From the human T2T-CHM13v2.0 reference genome, Homo sapiens, in the NCBI RefSeq assembly GCF_009914755.1, contig NC_060930.1: 64,000 bases of DNA; one strand, given 5' to 3'. The translations under genes and the position numbers were made by a program. Within the stretch, counting starts at the first letter, position 1; the number at the start of each line of letters is the position of its first letter. Below the pieces are notes generated by a model, which worked only from the letters and a program-made list of their open reading frames with translations, was not told the DNA's origin and ran no database searches. Below are positions 54,752 through 64,000 of this stretch, in pieces.

Positions 54752-57365
54752 CAGTTGACCCTTGAACAACATAGAAATTAGGTGTGCCAACCCCTTGCCC
54801 AGTCAATATTTCACATAAAACTTTTGACTCCTCAAAAAATAACTACTAATAGCCTACTGTATAACATAAACAGTCAATTCATATTCTGTATATTGCATTT
54901 TGACAATAAAATTAGCTAGAAAAAAGGAAATTTTAAGAATATCATAAAAAAGAGAAAACAGATTTTCTATTCATTAAATGAAGTGGATAATCATAAACGT
55001 CTTCATCCTCACTGTCTTTATATTGAGTAGGCTGAGGAAAAGGAGGAAGAAGAGGGGTTGGTTTTGCTGTCTCAGGGGTGGGGCCAAGGCAGAAAATGCA
55101 GAAGTGGTAGAAGCAAAAGCAAGAGAGGCAGGAACACTTAGTATAACATTATGGAAATACATCATAAATTCTGTCTGACTTTCAAAATTTTCAATTGACC
55201 TAAAAAGGTTTCTATATGGTACCAACTTTTATTCTACCATTTGCTTTAGTTTCCATGCCCATATCATAGAAGGGTCCATGGAATAAAAGAAGTCAAAAGC
55301 AGTCTTCAATCTAACACACTGCCAGACTGTCTAATGTACATTTCTTTTCTGGCACTGCTTCTTCTATGTCTTCTTCCTTATCATCTAGCATTGGTTTGAC
55401 AGCACTCATTTTCATTCAATCTTCTATTAATTCCTCTGGCACGGTGTCTATTAGCTCTTGAATTTCTCCAAGATTTATGTCTTAACACCCATCACCCCTC
55501 ACTTTTTTTTGGCCACAATTTTATTTTTTAATTTATTTTTTATCCACTTTTTTATTTCCTTAATTGGCACTGTCACAAATTATATTATGTCATGCACAAC
55601 ATCTGCACTCAGTTTTCTCCAGAAGGAATTTACTGTTTCAGGCATAATAGATTTCTTGACATTTTCTGTAGCAATGATGGCATCTTCAAAGGTGTAATCC
55701 TTCTGGACTTCATGATGTTCTCTCTATCAGATCTCTCTTCCATAGTATTGACAATCCTCTTCATGCAGTACCCTGAGTAATGAGCCTTAATGGTCCTAGT
55801 GACCCATGATCTAGAGGCTGAGTTAGACATGTTATGTTGGGTGCAAATATACCACTTTGACACCTTCAGTATTAAACTCCTGGGGTTCCCAGTAGCCCAG
55901 GGGCATTGCCCAATATTAAATAAACTTTAAAAGGAAGTCCCTTACTGGCTAAGTATTTCCTGACTTCAGGGCCAAACATTAACAGAACCAATCCAGAAAA
56001 CAAAATTAAATGTTCTTGCTGTCCTGGCCTTTATGTTGTACAATGAAAAGAGGGACAGCTGATCATTTTCTTCAAGGTTCAGTAGTTAGCAGCTTTATAG
56101 ATAAGGACAGTCCTGATCATATACCCAACTGCATATACACAAAACAGTAGAATTAGCCTATCCCTTCTTGCATTATATCCTGGTGCTTGTTTCTCTTCCT
56201 TAATAAGAAATGTCCTTTTGGCTTTTTTTTTCCTCTTCAGAATATGGCACTTTCATCTGCATTAAACATCTGTTAAGGCAGATATTCTTTCTCCTCAACA
56301 ACTTTCTTAATAATTTCTGGAACATGTCTGCTGCCTCCTGGTCAGCAGAAGCTGCTTCTTGTGTTAACTTGATATTTCTAAAATTATCAAACCATCCTTT
56401 GCTGGCATTAAATTATGTAGCTTTAGATTATTTACCTTCTGTTTGGTTAGGTTGTCATATAATGACTTATTTTAGAGTTTATAAGTATGACTTACTTAGA
56501 GGAATCCCGCATCAACATAAAAGCTATGTTTTCAGTATGACATAAAAAGGTATTTCACAAAATAGTCAAAGTTTTTGCATCTGCTGGCATAGCTGCGCCT
56601 ACAATTTCATGAATTTCTTTTTTTTACAATGATCTCTATGCTGGATTTATTTATCTGGAATTGGCAGGACACCACAGCTACAGACTTCCAACTATTATAT
56701 ACATCAAGCAATTTAAACTTTTTCTTATTATGTCATGACTGTGTTTCTTGGGAACACTTCCTGCATTACTACTGGCACTTTGTTTCAGTCCCATGGTGTT
56801 ACTTAGGTTTATGTTATTGCACTAAGCAGGATGAAAAATATATAATACCCAGTAGAGATAACTTTTTACTTTGATACACAATTTACTATCAGGATGTACT
56901 ACTCATCCAAAGATGATTAGCATTACATAGCATTTTAAGCAGATACTCACAACATAAGCTCACTACAATAGCAATAGGAGGTGGTTAAGAAATGCTTACA
57001 GTAGTACAGTATGTGCTACAATTAATTTTATGCAGTTATGATTTACTACTTCATCTTTATGTTTCTTTACATTTTTCTCTACTGCAAATAGTGCCATGTA
57101 TAGTCTGTGCCTGTGTACATAAGCTTTGATAAATTTTAATATTTTATAATTAATTTATATATATTTTATAGTATCTAGATATATTTTCTACATTCATTAC
57201 TTACATACTTTTTCTTTTTTTTGAAATTTCTAGGCTACACAGTTTGTCTCCAAGTTTTTTTGAAATGGTTGCAAATTTCCAAAAATTTTTCAATATATTT
57301 ATGGAAAAAATCTGTATATAAGTGAATCCTTGCAGTTGAAACCTCTCTTGTTCAAGGGGCAACTA
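54752..57365 (-). mobile_element. Near full-length Tigger2 DNA transposon (~2.6 kb), decayed transposase on minus strand
   Basis: TIRs cagttgacccttgaacaa / ttgttcaaggggcaacta; TA at 54750; minus-strand motifs FNADES (56249-56266) and LILGNAPG (~55897-55920). Confidence 0.88.
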
Positions 57366-58320
57366 CATATTAAATTGTTTTATGCCATAGAAATAATAAT
57401 AAACTCCCATCAGATTTTTAATCATGGCCATTTTATGTCTTGCTGTACATAGCACAGTACTTTTTTTATGCTTTTTATGACAGCTCTTTGCAAGCAATTA
57501 TAATCTTATAATATTGTATCTCAATGAGATATATGAAAAGAATGAGAATAACTGCGACAAGTATAGGTTTCTGATAACTTCGAGAATTTCTAGAACTCTG
57601 TTAAAAGAAAAAAAAGACCTGGATTCATAAACTTGCTAATCCAACATCAAGGAGAACAAAAATTAATTATTTGGAAATAAACTGATGAGGCACTATTATT
57701 ATTATACTTTTTGCTTGAAACATTGTTAATTCTTTTTGTTTGCTAGATTAAAGGAATTTTTTATGTTTGTTTTTAAGCTATCTATAGCTTACAGAAATTT
57801 GGTAAAGTATACTTTTTTTGAGCAGCATTGAATCATTCACCTTTTCTCCCTTCCTGATCCCTCTGTAATTCAGAAAATATTCATGAGTGTTGTTAACTTT
57901 CTGACAATATACTTACCCACATAAATTCAACAAAAATTTGTTCTAACAGGAGATAGCTGGAAACACAGATTATATTACCAAAACTTTCACTAGAATGTCA
58001 ATTCTTCAGATATGAACAGACAACTTTAAAAAACTGAGGTTGGATTTATGAAACCAGTAAAAGCCCCTTGAAGAAGCTGAGCTGGTACCTTGAATACAAG
58101 TTTCCTGGCCTTGTGGAGATTCAAGAATGTGACTTTCTGACCTGCCTTGGGACCTCAAAATATTTTGTGAGCCTAAAAGAGAGAAGAATTCAGCTAGCTT
58201 CTACAAGTAAAGTTTGATGGTAAGACCTTGGCTTGGTTTCCTAGCCTAAAGAGGTTATTTAAAATGTCTATTCTGAGGTCCCTTACTTAAAGTTCCAACA
58301 AAGGAAACTTAAAAAGAGCC

Positions 58321-59267
58321 TATTACAAGTAGTTAGATAGGCATGAGTGGGGCAAGAGAGGGCTCTCCCCCAACCCACTAGGAATGTCGGATGATGGTCC
58401 AGCAATTATCGCATTGTCTCTCTAAAAGTGATAAATTGGCAGCTGGTGCCAGGGAAAGGCCATTTTCTGATGGTCCACACCTATTGCACTAAGTGTTAAT
58501 TGAATGCAAGCACTAGGGAGAAGCAACTTCCCAGGCATGTGCATTAAAAGACAAAATGGCAGAGTGTGACCTTCTGGGGGGCACTCTTCTGGAAAAGGGA
58601 AGAAAGCCTCAGATGGGCATGCATACAACTTCCTAAACACACTGCACATGCTCACTTTCCAAGGGTAAGGAGGGTACTGCACATACAGGCAGCCCATCCT
58701 AAGGGAAGAATCATGGGAAAGTGGCCAGCCAGCCTGAAGTCCTAGAATCAAAGGTAAACATTGCACTTGACCTCAGTTCCCACTTGGCTCTCTTCCAAGT
58801 GTACTTCCTGTTTTAAAGCTTTTTTTTTTTTTTTGAGGCAGCATTTTGCTTTGGCATCCAGGCTGGAGTGCAGTGGCACGATCTCAGCTCACTCAGCTCA
58901 ACCTCCGCCTCCCAGGTTCAAGCGATTCTCCTACCTCAGCCTCCCGGGTGAGTGGGATTACAGGCGTCAGCCACCATGCCCAGCTAATTTCTGTATTTTT
59001 AGTAGAGATGGGGTTTCACCACTTTGGCCAGGCTGGTCTTGAACTCCTGACCGCAGAGGATCCGCCTGCCTCGGCCTCCCAAAATTCACCAGGCCGGCCT
59101 AAAGCCTTTTAAATAAACGTACACTCCTGCTCTGACACTTGCCTTGGTCTCTTTTACTGCCTTATGCTCCTCAGTCAGATTCTTTCTTCTGAGAAGGCAA
59201 GAATTGAGGTTGCTGCAGACCCATACAGATTTGCCACCAATAACTTAAATATCTTTGACTGGTAACA
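58321..59267 (+). mobile_element. MER50-family ERV1 solo LTR (contains an Alu)
   Basis: tattacaagtagttagataggcatgag...aataaa...gctgcagaccc...ggtaaca; perfect 4-bp TSD agcc (58317-58320 / 59268-59271). Confidence 0.8.
58820..59099 (-). mobile_element. AluS (Sx/Sz-like) with ~20-bp deletion near its 5' end
   Basis: Poly(T), antisense dimer, ends cccaaaattcaccaggccggcc; TSD taaagcttttt / taaagcctttt. Confidence 0.9.
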
Positions 59268-60071
59268 AGCCTATATGAACAATCACTATACTTGCTGCAA
59301 TTTATGCAAAACAAACAAACAAACAAAGAAAGCAGGCCAAGTTAATGAGATTAAACTTACTTTGCAATTCATTGGACTTATTGTGATTATCTGATAAAAA
59401 TGAGGGGACAGGGGATGGAAAAAAATATGTTTCAGAGGAAAGCCATAGTGTACCTGTTATTAGAGTCTAGCCCTGCCCATTGTTTTCACATTTTTATTAT
59501 TTACCTACAATCTGAACAGAATCCTGAATTTTTAGTTTCTCCCAATATCTGTCAGTGAGTCTCCAAACTAACATTTTAAATCTTTCTCCCATCCTGTGAC
59601 TTGGAATCACTAAAAGTTAAAACTCTGCTTTCCTGAAGCTCTACAAGCTAAAAATGGCTGCCTTGATAAATAAGTGTCAGAGATATCATCTTACGTTTAA
59701 ACTGCAATGCAGGAAAATCTGTTAGATTGCCTTTACATCTTTCTGTTTCAACTTCAAACACAAATCTTGGAATCTTCTCAATTGACTGCCCTCTAAACTC
59801 TAGAGAATCTACCTTACAGGCTGCTCCAAACATTAGCCTTTGTTTTATTCTATTTCCATTGAAATGTCTCTTATTAAAGACTTCTTTGCCAGTACCATAC
59901 AGAGGCTAAAATGAGACACAACTGCTTCACTGGACTGACCTTTTCCCAGGAATGAGAGCCTGGTTTATGAGATCTTTTGCCGCTCAGCTACCAACTTGAT
60001 TATTCTCTCTGCATAGCCTTCAACTCAACTTTTAGTGTGTAAAACTTCTAGGGAAGTTTCAGACAGGGGAA

Positions 60072-60210
60072 TGTTAGGCCCAATCGAGCAAGACCTCAAA
60101 GTATGATGCTCTGGCATGATGAGTACCTTGAATTAAAAGAAATTGGATGGCCTTAGAAGCTGCCTCTAAGAAACATTTTTTTCTGTGCTGCCTGCAAGAG
60201 GAGTCTTTTT
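60072..60210 (+). mobile_element. MER31-like 3' LTR, truncated
   Basis: tgttaggccc...caaagtatgatgctctggcatgatgagtaccttgaatt...ggccttagaagc directly after the polypurine tract. Confidence 0.6.
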
Positions 60211-60753
60211 ACTGCATTCTGGTTTAAATGTAAAATGTCATCTTTATAAAAACTTCCAAGGCCAATTAAAAGGCTTTATTGTAAATTATCAAAAAACGAA
60301 ATAAGATAGGAAACCCACTCAATTCCTTGGGTTACACTTTACATTCCATAAAAAATTATTATAAAAACAATAATAATTACATATTGAATTAGACATGTAG
60401 AATTTTCATTTCAGAGTGAAAAGTAGTGAGAACTTGTTCTTTTCTGTAAGAGCATGAACATGATATACATGTTGTAGTTTAATTTATTTTTTAAATTAGG
60501 AAACAGGTAAATTTTTACTTAAAGCAATGTAACTTGGAAAAAAGATGGAACACACATGCTGAGGAGTCAATGCAATGTAACAATAAACTACAAATGATGA
60601 TGCTGGTGATGGCAATAATGATGATGATAATGATAGCTGAAATTTATACCTTACATAGGATTTACCATGTACCATGAACAATTTTAATTAGGTTATGTGT
60701 ATGTGTGTGTATATATAGATGCAGAACTACTTTGTGAGGTTAGTGCCATTTTT

Positions 60754-61623
<870 letters not shown>

Positions 61624-62009
61624 AGGTTAGTACCATTTTTAACCTCATTTTACAGGTGGGGAAAATAAGGCAAACAATGTTTCAGTACCTTGCCCAAGGG
61701 CACACCATTAACGAGTACCAACTGTGTTAAAGATCTAGAGGTTTATCTATATGGAGAATTAGAGACAGCTGGAGTAGCCCAAACTGCTTCAGAATTGGTC
61801 TTGCACATTAGAGTATGTAAGCACATATGAAACATGTCTTTAAGGAACTGATTATTTTTCATGTAAAAATAGAATTAGAAAAGAGTGGGACAAAGATCAA
61901 CATGTGAAAAAAATGGAGAAACAATGATTTTTACATGTAATGTAAAAATCTTTGTTCCATAGCTGGGGTCACTCTTTTTATTTGAAAAATTTTAAGGTAC
62001 AATTGATAT

Positions 62010-62227
62010 AACATGGATTTGGAAGCAGGTGGATTTGGATTTGAAGTTCATCTCTATAGTCTTTTATATTTTTCTACCTTGATAACAAAGGATGAGTTAC
62101 TATCTTGTCTAAAATTTTGGTTACTCATTAACTGGCTGTTCATATTTCATTGTGAGATGTGAAAGGATTTTCTGTGAAACTTATGCAAAAGCCACTGAGC
62201 ACATATGGTTAGTTCAAGAAGGTTATT
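62010..62227 (+). mobile_element. MIR fragment
   Basis: atggatttggaagcagg...ggatttgaag...ttgtgagatg...gcacatatgg. Confidence 0.4.
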
Positions 62228-62522
62228 TTGCTACAGTTTTTCTCCTTGAATCATTGACTTCTATCCCACATACATTTCCTAAATGTTAATCTCCCAGCCT
62301 TCCACCTCTTTCTTCTCAACCTTAGCAAATCACCTTGCCTCCTACCCACAAAGAAGTATCTATCAGGTGTAAACTTTATCAGTTTTACTTGATCTAGTTG
62401 GAAAGACTCATTAAACTAATAAAGATGCAAATGGGTCTTTAATTATAATTATATACTCTTAATATAAAATTCTGAGGATGTGTAACCTGATACTATTTTG
62501 AAGATACAACATACCATCTGGA

Positions 62523-62703
62523 TAAGTGATTTTTAAACTGTAGCCCATAGACTAATCAAAATGAACTAAAGTGTCTATTAAAATGAAGACTCCTCTTCCA
62601 CTCGATAACTTCTGAAATTAGTGATTCTAGGATGGGACTCAGTAGTATATAGTCTTAGCAAGCTTCCCAGGTGTTTCTCATCAATTGAAATTTGAGAGTC
62701 ACA
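62523..62703. mobile_element. MER5-type hAT MITE
   Basis: agtgatttttaaactg...ttctgaaattagtgattctaggatggg...aagcttcccaggtg...tttgagagtcac. Confidence 0.6.
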
Positions 62704-62914
62704 ACATTTTAAGGCCAAAATTATGTATTATTCACTCACCAGGAGACTAATATAATGCCTGCTGCATAGGTAACGCCCAATAATCTTTGAATGGAAAGCC
62801 TCGTGGAACAAGTGGAAGCCTTACCCATTTCTGGAAAAAAAGGTATTTTTATTAAAGTACACTCACCTCTGCATGTGTCTGACAGTAGCAGAGCAGACCA
62901 GCTTTGCAGTGAGA

Positions 62915-63338
62915 CTCCCTGCTCCAACGCACGGGGCTCTATTTGATCTGGAGTGTGCTTCTTTCACAGGCACACTTCCCTCAGGGCTTTTGCACTTGCT
63001 TCTCTATCTTCCTGGAAGGTTCTTCCTTCAGATACTCGCAGGCTTGCTCTATAACCACCTTTAATTTTTTTGTTCAGGTGGCACTTCCTAATTAAGGTAA
63101 CATTCTTGCCCAGAGTTCCTGATCCTCCTTCCCTTTTTCTTTTTTTTTCCATGCAAAGCATTTATTATTTTATAATACAAAAATAGTTTGCTAATTTATT
63201 TTGTTTATTCTATGTCTCCTCAAACTGGATGATAAGCCCCATGAAAGTAGGGCTTTAGTTGGACTTGCTCATTGCTGTTAGTTCAAATGTCTAGAAAAAT
63301 ACCCGACATATAAGTGCTCAATAAACACTTGTTGACTG
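62915..63338 (+). mobile_element. LINE-2 (L2a-like) 3' end
   Basis: cctcagggcttttgcacttgct...taagccccatgaaagtaggg...gtgctcaataaacacttgttga. Confidence 0.75.
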
Positions 63339-63401
63339 TAACTTAATATGAAATTTTAATCTTTCAATTTATGTGCTTGGTATCCTATAGAATCCATCAG
63401 A

Positions 63402-63438
63402 ATATATATATATATACACACACACATATACATATTTT

Positions 63439-63476
<38 letters not shown>
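63402..63476. repeat. (TA)n(CA)n ... (TG)n(TA)n microsatellite
   Basis: Direct reading. Confidence 0.9.
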
Positions 63477-63480
<4 letters not shown>

Positions 63481-64000
63481 GTAATTTCTGTCTTAAAATT
63501 TGGATCATTAGGTGATAGAAAACAGTACTTCTTTAACATCATCAGATAAAATTTACATGCAAATCAACGAGTATTTTTGATACTGTGGTCCGCAAAAACA
63601 GCAATGGGGAAACATGAACACAAATAGAATAGTGTAAACAAAAACATTGGTACTGAATTGTAATTGAGACAGGAAAGTTGACAATTTCTTTTATTTTTGG
63701 CTGCCATGGAAGAGTCTATTATCTAAATATTATAGGTTTTCAAAAATAAAATCAGAAGGATAACATTGAACACAGTCTTTCCAAAGCTCCTACAAAATAT
63801 AAGAAATATTCCTTAAGTGTTTTAGTGATAGAAGTATGCTTGTGTTTCCTGATATGGTGAATTTCAATTCAAATAATTTATAAAGAGCTAAAATATATGT
63901 AACTTTCAAAGAATTAGGGTTACATTAAACAATATCTATTGCTATATTTCTGTCCATTTTGCTCTTGTATTTCCCACTGTTTCTACTGCTCACATTATAG

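Larger units (their letters stand above)
51790..60071 (+). mobile_element. ERV1 MER4-group internal region (MER31-int-like), interrupted by Tigger2 and MER50
   Basis: gagctccctggtcactttg...tactgtgagacaacacctgac; ggctactaagagttaaaattcta; ends in purine tract gggaagtttcagacaggggaa immediately before an LTR; left boundary uncertain. Confidence 0.65.

Overview
AT-rich, gene-poor primate DNA, very probably human, since the Alu at 60786 has all six diagnostic positions of the human-specific AluYg6 subfamily. I recognise no host protein-coding exon, RNA gene or CRISPR array. All long ORFs in the track come from LINE-1. The window is mostly a layered mosaic of transposable elements. It holds a full-length, coding-dead L1PA2 (45563-51585, minus), two 5'-inverted L1PA7-like insertions and older L1/L2/MIR relics. 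It also holds a complete two-LTR MLT1H-like MaLR provirus, several solo MaLR/ERV LTRs, a MER31-like ERV1 internal region with nested Tigger2 and MER50(+Alu), and Tigger6/MER44A/MER47B/MER5 DNA transposons. The most unusual signal is a strand-asymmetric cluster of about 17 A>G changes (L1 sense strand) confined to the first ~420 nt of the L1PA2 5'UTR. It has an ADAR-like neighbour context and leaves an open but diverged ORF0. Next is a ~5 kb repeat-free block (17.0-22.4 kb) with an enhancer-like core and a polypyrimidine-CAG|GTAAG recursive-splice or microexon-like site at 20139/20140. Repeat subfamily names come from my recollection of consensus sequences, not a database search, and boundaries of old repeats are approximate.
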